Shown piece after piece: positions 10,554 to 20,002 of a stretch of DNA of 64,000 bases. The notes under the pieces were generated by a model. It ran no database searches. It had not been told where the DNA came from and saw only the letters and a list, made by a program, of their open reading frames with translations. The position numbers were made by a program, and so were the translations under genes. Origin of the DNA: a bacterium (GTDB taxonomy: Bacteria; UBA8248); NCBI GenBank assembly GCA_965213625.1, contig CBDBZU010000004.1, positions 2,112,001 through 2,176,000 on the forward strand. The letters are read 5' to 3'. The number at the start of each line of letters is the position of its first letter. The stretch's first letter is position 1.

Positions 10554-10795
10554 GCCTTCGGTTCTGTTATGTCGAGCAGGCGGCGCAATCGTTTGACGTC
10601 CAGGTGATATTTGAACACCTTTGTTTTTCCAAGATAACCGACCGGCACCTCATCGCCGTAGAGGCGGATTAGCTCGGGATCCGTGTCCACGTCGATCTCT
10701 TCAATCGCAATATCCGGGAAATGCCGCAAAATCGCCGCCTTCGCCTCGTGGCAGAGATGGCATTCGCTTCGCGTATAGAATGTGATTTTCCGCAT
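10550..10795 (-). CDS. Glutaredoxin-like protein (DUF836-like)
   Basis: YTRSECHLC CxxC, EEIDVD, YG.EVPV. Confidence 0.85.
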   Translation of the reverse strand: MRKITFYTRSECHLCHEAKAAILRHFPDIAIEEIDVDTDPELIRLYGDEVPVGYLGKTKVFKYHLDVKRLRRLLDITEPKA

Positions 10796-10886
10796 CTCTT
10801 ATCATAACCTTGTCGGATTCGGGATTGTTCCGCCTTCATCGAAATATATCAAATGACGAGATAGTTTTATTCATCGACTCGAATCC

Positions 10887-10915
10887 TTGACAATGCTTTC
10901 GCCCCCCGATATAGG
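10887..10915 (+). promoter_or_regulatory. Sigma70-like promoter for tRNA-Leu
   Basis: TTGACA-17 bp-TATAGG, 20 bp upstream of the tRNA. Confidence 0.6.
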
Positions 10916-10935
10916 AAGTGACTACCAATCTTCTC

Positions 10936-11022
10936 GCCGGAGTGGCGGAACTGGTAGACGCGCTAGATTCAGGTTCTAGTGGGCTTCGGCCCGTGGAGGT
11001 TCAAGTCCTCTCTCCGGCACCA
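10936..11022 (+). tRNA. tRNA-Leu(CAG)
   Basis: GCCGGAG/CTCCGGC acceptor stem, anticodon arm CTAGA-TTCAGGT-TCTAG, long variable arm, GGTTCAAGTCC T-arm, encoded CCA. Confidence 0.97.
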
Positions 11023-11077
11023 TTAAAACAATTCTCATTCAGGCGAAGGTTCGCGCTTTCTTAATGCAGGGGGCTTC

Positions 11078-12331
11078 ATGAAGATAGTAGAAGACAAACT
11101 TTCCAACGGCATTCGCGTGGTGACGGCGGAACGCGCGGAATCGGCGGCCGTGGCGTTTCATATTTATTTTGGCTGCGGCGGCCGGCATGAACGCGACGAA
11201 GTGGTGGGCGTTTCCCATGCGCTGGAACACATGGTCTTTAAGGGCACGCCTTCGAGAACGACGCTCGACATCGCACGTGAGATGGAAGGAAACGGCGCGT
11301 CCATAAATGCCAACACCGCACCCGAGCGCACTTGTTATCACTTCACGGCGCCGGCCGATGCGTTCGCCACCGTGCTGGAAGTCTATGCGGATGCGGTGAA
11401 CAATTGCCTGTTGGACAAGGACGAGTGGGGCAGGGAGCGGATGGTCATCCTGGAAGAGTTGAAGATGTATGAGGACATGCCGCGCATCTGGGTGTCCGAT
11501 ATGCTGGAGACCACCGTCTACAACCTGCAGATGGGCGTCATCGGCAACCGCGAAACCATCAATGCAATCGAACCCGAACATATGCGCGAGTTGATAGAAA
11601 AATGGTATTCCCCTGGGAACACGGTGATCTCCGTGGCGGGAGGAGTGAAACACGAGGAGGTGATGGCGCTGTCCGAGCGGTATTTCGGGGAGCGGACCGG
11701 CAGCGAGGAAAAGCCTCTTTCCCCCGGCTTGCCCGAGGAGAGCAAGGCCAAAATCGTGGATCAGGCCCGCCAGACGGATCAGGTAAACCTCGCCATCGGG
11801 TTTCGCGCCTTTGGCCTCAATCACGAAGACGCCGCTCCCCTGCGTGTGATGTGCAACATATTGGGCGGGAAGATGAGCAGCCGACTATTCACCGAAGTGC
11901 GCGAAAAGCGGGGCCTTGCCTACAGTGTGGGCGCAGCGCCACATCGCTACACCGATACGGGTATGATTGAGTTGAAGGCAGGCGTGGCTCTCGAGAAGGC
12001 GGTGGAAGCGACCGAGGTGATGCTCTCCGAAACGGGCAAGTTCAAGAGCGAACCCGTAACGGATGAGGAACTGGCGGAAGCGAAGCGCTACATCAAGGGC
12101 AATCTCCAGATACACGAGAGTTCGCAATACCATGCCGGCCGAAACGGCTCGAATCTCATGCTCAAAGGCAAAGTTTACCCGGTGGAGGAGGAGTTAACGG
12201 ATATTGACTCCGTGGGTGAAGAAGATATCCAGCGGGTTGCTAACGAGGTTTTTCAGGAAAATGGACTCACCGGCGCCGTGATTGCGGAGAAACCACTCGG
12301 CTCCGAACTAGAGGCGGTCCTCAAGATTTAG
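11078..12331 (+). CDS. M16 family (pitrilysin/insulinase) zinc peptidase
   Basis: HALEH (HxxEH) motif, SSRLF.EVREKRGLAY. Confidence 0.93.
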   Translation: MKIVEDKLSNGIRVVTAERAESAAVAFHIYFGCGGRHERDEVVGVSHALEHMVFKGTPSRTTLDIAREMEGNGASINANTAPERTCYHFTAPADAFATVLEVYADAVNNCLLDKDEWGRERMVILEELKMYEDMPRIWVSDMLETTVYNLQMGVIGNRETINAIEPEHMRELIEKWYSPGNTVISVAGGVKHEEVMALSERYFGERTGSEEKPLSPGLPEESKAKIVDQARQTDQVNLAIGFRAFGLNHEDAAPLRVMCNILGGKMSSRLFTEVREKRGLAYSVGAAPHRYTDTGMIELKAGVALEKAVEATEVMLSETGKFKSEPVTDEELAEAKRYIKGNLQIHESSQYHAGRNGSNLMLKGKVYPVEEELTDIDSVGEEDIQRVANEVFQENGLTGAVIAEKPLGSELEAVLKI

Positions 12332-12351
12332 TCTTCCATACCCGGAAAATG

Positions 12352-14232
12352 CTAGCGAGCCACTCCTTCCACCGCAGGTCGTGGGCTGCCGAGCAGGATG
12401 ACGGTTCGTCTGTTCCTGGCGCGGCCGTCTTCTGTGTCGTTGCTCGCCACGGGACGGTAAAACGAATGACCGATCGCCGACATGCGCGCAGGCGATATGT
12501 TTTTCGATTCGAGGAACTTGACGATGGCGACGGCGCGCGCGAACGAGAGTTCCCAATTCGAGGGATAGCGATCGAGAAGGTTGCTCTTGATGGGCTGATC
12601 GTCGGTATGCCCTTCGATACGGATCATCTTGCCTTTTTGTTTCTGGAGAAATTCCGCGATATTTGAAAGTGCCTCGAAACTGTTTTCCTTGAGCGTGGCG
12701 CTGCCGGAATCGAACAAGAGGCTGTTCACGATGGACACGCGGAGCATGTCCTTGGTTTGTTCCAGGTTAACGGTCTGTTTTCTCAACTTGGCGTCCAACT
12801 CGCTCAGGTCCGTTTCCAGCCTTTTCGCCCGCTCGGCTTCTTCGCGCGCTTTTTTCTCCAGCACTTTCGAGCGTGCGATCGCCATCGTGTGTTTTTTGAT
12901 CGTTTCCGACAGACTCAGGTTCGTCTGATCCAGCTTGTTCTTGATGAGTTCGGCCACGGAAGTTTTCTCGGCGATGAGTAGGCTCATCTCCTGAATCTGC
13001 GCCCGTTGAAGTTCCCTGGCTTTTGAGTGGTTTCTTATTTCTTCAGCTCTTTTTCTGGCGAGTTCGGCGTTTCGCGCATTCGCATTTTCCGCCTTCGTAC
13101 GCGTCTTGCGCTCATTGTCGAGGGCTGTGCGAATTTGGGTGAGCGCAAGCTCAAGGTTTTGCGCTTTCGTTTTTTCACGCGCGATGCCGGCGTTTTTCTC
13201 CGCTATCAACTGGCTCATTTCCTGAACCTGGGTTTTGAGGAGCGTTCTTGAATCTTGAAGACGCTTCAATTCTTTGGCTTGGTTTTTCGCGAGCTTAGCG
13301 TCTTGCGCATTCGATTTTTCCGTCTTGGAGGTCGATTTCCGTGAGTTCGCTTTTTTCTGCGCGGAAGCGATAAGTTTGTCCACTCTCTGTAGCTGGGTTT
13401 CGAGTGATCCCTGGACAATTTTGAGGCGTTTTATTTCTTTCACTTGCACCGCAGCAAGTTCAAGGCTTTGTTTGGTTAATTTTTCCACCATTGACTGAGT
13501 TTTGCGGTCGCTCTTGAGATTCGCCTGGATTTGGTTGAGGGCGATTTCGAATTTACGGGCCTTTGCTTTTTCCTGATCGATAGCGACGTTTTTCTCCGCA
13601 ATGAGTCGGCTCGTCTCATTGGCCTGAGTTTCGAGACGCTTTATCTCTTCGTCTCGTTTGGCCGCCAGTTCGCTGTTTTGTGTGTTCGCCTTTTCCACCT
13701 CGGCGCGGGCCTTGCGCTCGTTCTCGAGAGAGCCGTTGAGGATGTCGAGCGTGGCCGCGAGGTTTCGGATTTTGGCTTTTTCCTGCTTGATACCGACGTT
13801 TTTCTCCGTGATGAGTCGGTTTGTCTCATTGGCCTGAGCTTCGAGGCGCTTTACCTCTTCGGCGCGCGCCTTGCGCTCATTATCGAGGGTAGCCTGGTTT
13901 TCTTTCAGAGTGGCTTCGAGACTTTGAATTTTCGCTTTACCCTGCTCGATGGCGGCGTTTTTCTCTGCAACGAGTTTGCTCAACTCTTCCATCCGCGTCT
14001 TGGCGGAGGCGCTGACGTTGGAGAATCGTGACTCCAGGCCCTTCATCTTTTGTTCTAGGTTTTTGAAACGGAGGATGTCGCTTTTGAGCTTTGCGGAACT
14101 TTCTTTTTCTGTTGAAAGTTCAGCCTCTCGTTGTTGGAGTAGATTTTTCGTCGATTGTGTTTGTTGGGCGAAATATCCTGTCCCGCCGAGAAGGACTGCG
14201 ATAATCGCCCCTATTGAGATCCGAAGACCCAA
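12352..14232 (-). CDS. OmpA/MotB-family peptidoglycan-binding protein with long repetitive coiled coil
   Basis: N-terminal TM; long heptad region; C-terminal LFDSGSA, IEGHTD, NWELSFARA, RNRR. Confidence 0.88.
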   Translation of the reverse strand: MGLRISIGAIIAVLLGGTGYFAQQTQSTKNLLQQREAELSTEKESSAKLKSDILRFKNLEQKMKGLESRFSNVSASAKTRMEELSKLVAEKNAAIEQGKAKIQSLEATLKENQATLDNERKARAEEVKRLEAQANETNRLITEKNVGIKQEKAKIRNLAATLDILNGSLENERKARAEVEKANTQNSELAAKRDEEIKRLETQANETSRLIAEKNVAIDQEKAKARKFEIALNQIQANLKSDRKTQSMVEKLTKQSLELAAVQVKEIKRLKIVQGSLETQLQRVDKLIASAQKKANSRKSTSKTEKSNAQDAKLAKNQAKELKRLQDSRTLLKTQVQEMSQLIAEKNAGIAREKTKAQNLELALTQIRTALDNERKTRTKAENANARNAELARKRAEEIRNHSKARELQRAQIQEMSLLIAEKTSVAELIKNKLDQTNLSLSETIKKHTMAIARSKVLEKKAREEAERAKRLETDLSELDAKLRKQTVNLEQTKDMLRVSIVNSLLFDSGSATLKENSFEALSNIAEFLQKQKGKMIRIEGHTDDQPIKSNLLDRYPSNWELSFARAVAIVKFLESKNISPARMSAIGHSFYRPVASNDTEDGRARNRRTVILLGSPRPAVEGVAR

Positions 14233-14346
14233 GGCTGTTCTCCTGCAAGGGCGATGGTAGGTGTTTCAACTTTCATATTTCTAATTCTATCACTTATTTT
14301 TTAGAAATTGGAAGAGATAAACGATAGTTGTGTCGTTATGAAAGAG

Positions 14347-14374
14347 AAGCCGGGGCTCAAAGCCCCGGCTTTTT
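14347..14374. terminator. Intrinsic terminator, possibly bidirectional
   Basis: AAGCCGGGGCT-CAA-AGCCCCGGCTT flanked by T- and A-rich tracts, just after the YccA stop. Confidence 0.75.
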
Positions 14375-14392
14375 GGATGAGCGATGTACTTT

Positions 14393-15103
14393 TTAATCGC
14401 GCGAAGCGCCCAGCAAGTGCGTGAGATAAATGAACATCATGATGAAATCGAGGTAGAGTTCGAGAGCCGCCATGATGGAGGCGCGCCTGCCCGTTTCGTT
14501 GTCCGTGTCCTGGCTGTAGGCGTATTCCTTCATCTTCTGGGTGTCATAGGCTGTAAGTCCCGCAAAGATGAGAACGCCCAATACGCTGATGGCGAAATGT
14601 ACGGCGGAACTGCCCACGAAGATGTTGACGACGCTGGCGAGAATGATGCCGATGAGTCCCACCATGCAGAAATTGCCCACGCCCGATAAGTCTTTTTTCG
14701 TCACGAAGGCGAAGAGGGTCAGTCCGCCGAATGCGCCGCCGGTGACGAAAAACGCCTGAGCCACGGAAGTGAGCGTGTAGCGCAGGAGCAGGGTGGAAAC
14801 GGTGACGCCCAGCGTCGCGCTGTAGAGCAAAAACAGAACCGCGCCCACTTGCCAGCCTTTGCTCCGCATCGCCGGCCGGATGGAGAAAACCAGGGCGAGT
14901 TGAACGCCGATGACCAAAAATACCGAGATGGAGCTTCCAAAGATGAATTGAATGGCGGCGGGGCTTGATGCGACGTAGAGCGCGCTGAAGCCCGTGACGA
15001 AGAGTCCCAGCGTCATCCATCCATAGACGCGCTGCATAAATGCGGCGGCGTCTTGTGCGATGACGCGTTGTCCGGTCGAGCGAGTGAAGTCTTGAGAACG
15101 CAT
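14393..15103 (-). CDS. Bax inhibitor-1/YccA family membrane protein
   Basis: FMQRVYGWM, TAYDTQK, ALELYLDF; likely start ATG 15103. Confidence 0.92.
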   Translation of the reverse strand: MRSQDFTRSTGQRVIAQDAAAFMQRVYGWMTLGLFVTGFSALYVASSPAAIQFIFGSSISVFLVIGVQLALVFSIRPAMRSKGWQVGAVLFLLYSATLGVTVSTLLLRYTLTSVAQAFFVTGGAFGGLTLFAFVTKKDLSGVGNFCMVGLIGIILASVVNIFVGSSAVHFAISVLGVLIFAGLTAYDTQKMKEYAYSQDTDNETGRRASIMAALELYLDFIMMFIYLTHLLGASRD

Positions 15104-15319
15104 TTCAGAAATCCTCCTGGATATCCAATCATTTAATATCTTAGGCGAAGCGGCCAAAGTATATTCACGAATCGTTAAATTCATACCCTTTGAATTCATG
15201 GAGTTCACCATACTCCCGCTAATATATCCCATTTAATGAATGTTTCAAGACCTAAAAATGTGGTTTCTTGCATCGGGGCCATATATAGAGTTTAAGAAAC
15301 ATTCGTGAGAAAGCGCTGG

Positions 15320-15348
15320 TTGACGCAATTAGTAAGGCCCCATATAAT
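15320..15348 (+). promoter_or_regulatory. Sigma70 promoter of the marR-LLM unit
   Basis: TTGACG-17 bp-TATAAT. Confidence 0.7.
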
Positions 15349-15382
15349 TAGGCTCCATAGCATCTGTTTTCGGAGCAAACCC

Positions 15383-15925
15383 ATGTTCTACATGAAAGAA
15401 CTGCCCAACGAGGAAGATTTCAGGCCACTCGTTCCGGAATATTCTTCTCTGGATACTTCTTCCGTTATGCTTTTTTATCTTTTCTTGCAGGTCGGCAGCG
15501 ATATGCTCACCGCCTTTGAAACGTATTTGGCCGATCACGGCGTTTCGCAGGGCAGATTCATAGTTTTGCTGTTGTTGTTGCGCTCCCAGGCTAGAAACAA
15601 CGGCTCGGGTCTCAGCCCGTCGGAGTTGGCAAGGCAAGCGGGCGTGACGCGCGCGACGATGACCGGGTTGATGAAAGGACTTCAGCGTGATGGACTCATC
15701 GGGCGCTTCAGCCACGATGGCGACAGGAGGAAAGTCATCGTGCGCCTTACGCGCAAGGGAAAAGAGAGCCTGAATGCTATTTTCCCCGATTATTACTCGC
15801 GCATAGCGGAACTCATGAATGATTTGGAGGACGATGAACGGGAGAAATTGTCCAAGCTCCTTCATAAAGTGAAGAATAAAATTTACTCATCAAAACAGGC
15901 GCTGGCCGCAAGCGCTCAAGGATGA
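15383..15925 (+). CDS. MarR family transcriptional regulator
   Basis: LSPSELA..GVTRATMT.L..L...GLI.R....DRR...V.LT.KG. Confidence 0.92.
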   Translation: MFYMKELPNEEDFRPLVPEYSSLDTSSVMLFYLFLQVGSDMLTAFETYLADHGVSQGRFIVLLLLLRSQARNNGSGLSPSELARQAGVTRATMTGLMKGLQRDGLIGRFSHDGDRRKVIVRLTRKGKESLNAIFPDYYSRIAELMNDLEDDEREKLSKLLHKVKNKIYSSKQALAASAQG

Positions 15926-15959
15926 AGAAAACCCTCTGACGAGGAAGGAGAATAAGGAA

Positions 15960-17204
15960 ATGGCGAAACCCAAAGTGATTATCCAGCTATATCCCATGCT
16001 GCCGACGGAAAACCGGGAGGAGCGCGAACAGAAAAGGCCTCTGGCCAGAGACAAGGATTTGTACCATCACGTGCTTCATGAATGGACCGATATCGTGAAG
16101 GCAGCCGATGAAATGGGCGTATGGGGCATCAGCACCATCGAGCACCACCTGCATTCGGAGGGTTATGAGGTAGGCCCCAATCCAGGCGTTCTCAACGCTT
16201 GGTGGGCTAACCATGTCAAGAATGCGCGGGTGGGCGCGCTCGGTTACGTCATGGCGACTCAAGATCCGATTCGCGTGGCAGAGGAGACGGCCATACTCGA
16301 CCACATCACCAAGGGGAAGTTCTTCTGTGGTTTGGCAAGAGGGTATCAGTCCAGGTGGTCGAACGTGCTGGGACAGTTCAGCGACACCCGGGCCACTGTC
16401 TCCGACGCCCTCGGCGGGGCCGACGACGTGAAGAACCGCGACATTTTTGAAGAGCGCGTCGAGATGCTCCTGAAATTCTGGCAGGAAGATTCGGTGGAAG
16501 TGAAGGGCGATTACTACGAGATTCCTTACCCGTATGAGGACGGCATCGATTATCCGGCCTGGAAGAGCGCCCGGGACGCCGGCGCAATCGGAGAAGTCGG
16601 CGATGACAATCGGGTGCGGAGGGTGAGCGTTGTTCCCAAGCCCTATCAGGAGCCTTACCCGCCCATGTTCCAGGCCGTGAGCGCGAGCCCGGATTCCATA
16701 AAATTCGCGGCGAAGCACGGGTTCCGACCCGTGTATTTCACCAAACTGGAAAAAATGGAGGAATTCTCCCACCTCTACGTTGAGGAAGCAGCCAAGGCGG
16801 GCCACAACTTTGCGCACGGCGAGAGGCAGTGCGTCTGCCGGTGGATTCACGTAACGGACACAGAAGAAGAGTACGACGAGAAACTCAGGAAATACGATCA
16901 GGACATCTACCAGAACTTCTACGTGCCCTTCTTCCCGCAATTCCCCGACGATACGGAGAGCATCGACTGGATCCAGAACATCAAGGAAAGCGGCATCTTC
17001 CTGGGTGGTCCGGTGGACAAGCTCAAGCGCGAGTGGGAGGAAACGTACGAGAAAGTGCCTTCTGAGTTCATCACCCTGATCTGGCACTATGCGCAATGCC
17101 CCAAGGAAGAAGTCATTTACGAATTGGAAACGTTCATGACGAAAATCTGGCCCGACCTGGAGTGTCCGGTGTCGAACGGCGTCACGGTCGGCGGCGTCGC
17201 CTGA
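15960..17204 (+). CDS. Luciferase-like (LLM) flavin-dependent oxidoreductase
   Basis: EHH motif, DPIRVAEE.A.LDH.TKG, PKPYQ.P.PP. Confidence 0.9.
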   Translation: MAKPKVIIQLYPMLPTENREEREQKRPLARDKDLYHHVLHEWTDIVKAADEMGVWGISTIEHHLHSEGYEVGPNPGVLNAWWANHVKNARVGALGYVMATQDPIRVAEETAILDHITKGKFFCGLARGYQSRWSNVLGQFSDTRATVSDALGGADDVKNRDIFEERVEMLLKFWQEDSVEVKGDYYEIPYPYEDGIDYPAWKSARDAGAIGEVGDDNRVRRVSVVPKPYQEPYPPMFQAVSASPDSIKFAAKHGFRPVYFTKLEKMEEFSHLYVEEAAKAGHNFAHGERQCVCRWIHVTDTEEEYDEKLRKYDQDIYQNFYVPFFPQFPDDTESIDWIQNIKESGIFLGGPVDKLKREWEETYEKVPSEFITLIWHYAQCPKEEVIYELETFMTKIWPDLECPVSNGVTVGGVA

Positions 17205-17219
17205 TATTTGATAACGATG

Positions 17220-17249
17220 AAGCCCCCGCATTCACTTGCGGGGGTTTTT
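17220..17249 (+). terminator. Intrinsic terminator after the LLM gene
   Basis: CCCCCGCA-TTCACT-TGCGGGGG followed by TTTTT. Confidence 0.75.
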
Positions 17250-17267
17250 CGGATTGATTTTGAGGAG

Positions 17268-17987
17268 ATGAGCATGTACGAAATCATCGATCTGAGCCAG
17301 GAAATTTACACCGGAGCACCCAGGTTTCCGGGACATCCGGCAACGACGATCGAATATGTCGCCAGGCACGAAGATGCGGCCAATGCGCCGATCAAACCCA
17401 AGGACATCACGTACGCGGCCATGATGCTCCATATGTGCGATCACGGACCGACGCATACCGATTCGGTCAGCCACATCGATGAGCGCGAAACGGCGCCGAA
17501 CATCGATCAGGCGCCATTGGAATGGTTCATCACAAGGGCGGTTGCGCTGGATTTCACGGGCAAGGTGGAACCGATGGAGGAGATTTCCTTACAACTCTTG
17601 CAGGATGAACTTTCCGCAGCGGACTTGACGCCCCCCAGGGACGGCACGCTCCTCTTCACGGGCGGCCATTTCAAGCGCACCTACCCGACGGATGATTATC
17701 TGAGCACGTACCCGGGTTTGGGCTATGACGCCGCGAATTTCCTCTATCGCGAGTGCGGCGTGGTGAACATCGGCCAGGATGCGCCCAGCATCGACGCCGG
17801 CGTCAACACCATAGAACTGACGTTCCCCTGTCATGTACTTTGCCGGGAACTCCAGCGTCATAACACGGAAAATCTCGCGAACATCGAAGCCGTGGCGGGG
17901 GAGGAATTCCTCTATGTGGGGCTCCCGCTCAGGATTCGCGCAGGCACGGGCTCTCCCATACGAGCCGTCGCCGTGATGAACATTTAG
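17268..17987 (+). CDS. Cyclase/kynurenine formamidase-like family protein
   Basis: IIDLSQ, HGPTHTD, ENL.N, GSPIRAVA; GAGGAG adjacent to ATG 17268/17274. Confidence 0.88.
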   Translation: MSMYEIIDLSQEIYTGAPRFPGHPATTIEYVARHEDAANAPIKPKDITYAAMMLHMCDHGPTHTDSVSHIDERETAPNIDQAPLEWFITRAVALDFTGKVEPMEEISLQLLQDELSAADLTPPRDGTLLFTGGHFKRTYPTDDYLSTYPGLGYDAANFLYRECGVVNIGQDAPSIDAGVNTIELTFPCHVLCRELQRHNTENLANIEAVAGEEFLYVGLPLRIRAGTGSPIRAVAVMNI

Positions 17988-18107
17988 TCAAGCGGGGGCA
18001 TCCTCGCCTTCATCATGAGTGAATTGCGGGGCAACTTCCCAATCGTTCTGCATACGTTATGATTTTTTAACGAGAGGGTTCACGTTTTTTTAAGGAGGTT
18101 TTGAGAC

Positions 18108-18458
18108 ATGTTGAAGACAGTGGATTGGTATTACCACCGCTCCGGCTGAAAGACCTGCGCCAAAACGCAAGCGTTTCTTGCGGAAAATGGAATCGAGATA
18201 TCAGAGCAGGCCAGTTCCAGAAAAGACGTGGTGGATGAGGACAACGTCGATTCGCTTCTGGATGGCGTGACGGACCTGTATTCGACCAAGAGCAGGAAAG
18301 TAATTCACCTGAATCTCAAAAAAGAGAAACCTGCGCGCGAAGACGTGCTGGCTCTAGCGATGGGTCGCTCGGGCACGCTCAGGGCGCCGGTCATCAAACA
18401 TCGAAACACGCTCATCGTCGGCTTCGATGAAGATACCTACACCAAGGTATTGACGTAA
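18108..18458 (+). CDS. ArsC/Spx-like thioredoxin-fold selenoprotein (UxxC), in-frame TGA at 18147-18149
   Basis: AAGGAGG RBS then ATG 18108: MLKTVDWYYHRSG-U-KTC..., in frame with the 18228-18458 ORF (G.LRAP, LIVGF.E..Y); hairpin CGCAAG-CGTTT-CTTGCG downstream of the TGA. Confidence 0.88.
18166..18182 (+). promoter_or_regulatory. Putative bacterial SECIS element (ArsC-like gene)
   Basis: 6-bp stem CGCAAG/CTTGCG with loop CGUUU, starting 16 nt after UGA. Confidence 0.65.
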
Positions 18459-18475
18459 ATTTTTTCTGGGACGAC

Positions 18476-19930
18476 TTAGAGGGCCAACTGGCCCTGTGTG
18501 GGCTCCGCTCAGCAAAACCACGATTCGGTCAGGCGAGGCGGGCGGATTCGATCGGGTGCGAAGGTAGCCTTTGGCAGCGCCTGATCGGGGCGCTCTAGAA
18601 TATCGGCCGCCAGTTCGCGAAGCCTTGCAAAAGTCATGGCGGCGTCCTCCTGGCGCGCTGCCGCATCTTCGGCGAGGATGAGTGCCTCCTCGTGTAGTTT
18701 GTCCATTTTTTCGTCCGGATGTTCCCAGCGGCAGATGAAATTCTCGGGGTCGAGTTCGGTGACGTATCGCTCCATGTGGGGGGAGCGGAGCAAATGGGAA
18801 CCCGGTGGCACGAGCAGGCGAATGGCCATCTGAATGGGGTCGACCTCGTCGATCAATGTGTATTCTTCGATGAAATCCAGCAGATCGAAATAATCCTGAG
18901 AGCTCGTCCACGGCGTGAATGCGACCAGAGACGGCCGTATGGAAACATCCGCTTCCCGGGCGGCTTCCACGGCGCGGAAAACGTCTTTTCTGTTGTGTCC
19001 TTTATCCAGATGACGGAGGACGAGGTCGCTTAAAGATTCCATCGCGGTGACGAAAAACACGCATCCGTATTCCCTGAACTCCGGCAGAAGCTCCTCGTGC
19101 TTGATGATGTGCTCGACCTTGGCCGTGAAGTCGAAGGTGAGCGAGGGGAACCTCTCGTGCATAGCGCGGGCGACTCGAAGCGCATGAGTGGGGCCGTTCA
19201 GGAAATCCGGGTCCGCAAAGGTAATGTGGCGTGCGCCCTGCGCTGCCAGATATTCAATGTCCTCTAAAACCTTATCCTGGTGCACGATGAAGAAACGTCC
19301 CTCATAAACCGGTGGAATGGGGCAATGGAGGCATAAGTGCTTGCAGCCGCGGCTCGCCTCGACGGCCCCTGCGGGGTAGTGATTCTCCCCATTTACCAGA
19401 TGGGCGTATGCCTGGAGCGCGGGCAACTCTTCTCGTTCTGGTTTGAGTAGTGGGATTTTTTCGAGATACGGGCCGGATGTGTGCTCTCTCGTGGCTGCGC
19501 CGGAAACCTGGGTGGCGCCTGAGTTTTGGGACAGCCCTTGAACGAGCTTCACGAGCGGCAACTCGAACTCGCCGCCGATGGCCGAATCGCCGCCGTTTTC
19601 AAGTAGATAGCCTTTGTTAAGCAGACCGTAGAGGCCGTAAAAACAAATGTGGCACGCGGGGTTCGTCTCGCGTACTTTCGCCGCCACCTCCACGCCGAGC
19701 CTGAGCGCGGTGTGCATGGGTACGCTGATGCCGACGAATTTCGCGTTTGTGATTTTTTCTTCTGAGAAATCCTCTACCGCGATGTCCATCGCCCGGGGCT
19801 GGAAACCCGCTTCGCGTAAAAAGGCCAGGGGAGAGGCGACCGCCAGGGGCTGGTGTCCCAGCTCATAGCAGGAGATGAGGACGACGGCGCCGGGTGCGCG
19901 CCAACCGGAGTCTTTATCGTTTCGGTTCAT
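18476..19930 (-). CDS. Cobalamin-binding radical SAM selenoprotein with CUAEP tail; TGA at 18511-18509 read as Sec
   Basis: B12-binding-like N-terminus; CKHLCLHC radical SAM motif; ...RLTESWFC-TGA-AEPTQGQLAL-TAA; hairpin follows the TGA. Confidence 0.88.
18480..18495 (-). promoter_or_regulatory. Putative bacterial SECIS element (radical SAM gene)
   Basis: 6-bp stem AGGGCC/GGCCCT with loop AGUU, starting 13 nt after UGA. Confidence 0.65.
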
Positions 19931-19952
19931 GGTGAAAGCTCTCGATCGTCAC

Positions 19953-19986
19953 AAAAAAAGCCCCGGGCGCATGATGCCCGGGGCTC
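19953..19986 (-). terminator. Intrinsic terminator after the IscA-like gene
   Basis: Minus strand AGCCCCGGGCA...GCCCGGGGCT followed by a T run. Confidence 0.75.
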
Positions 19987-20002
19987 GTAAGACATTGTTT
20001 TA

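Noticed and set aside
17202-17270. LLM TGA stop is in frame with the cyclase ORF and followed by a hairpin, suggesting readthrough
   Set aside because: The hairpin has a T tract typical of a terminator, the cyclase has its own RBS, and there is no redox motif at the TGA
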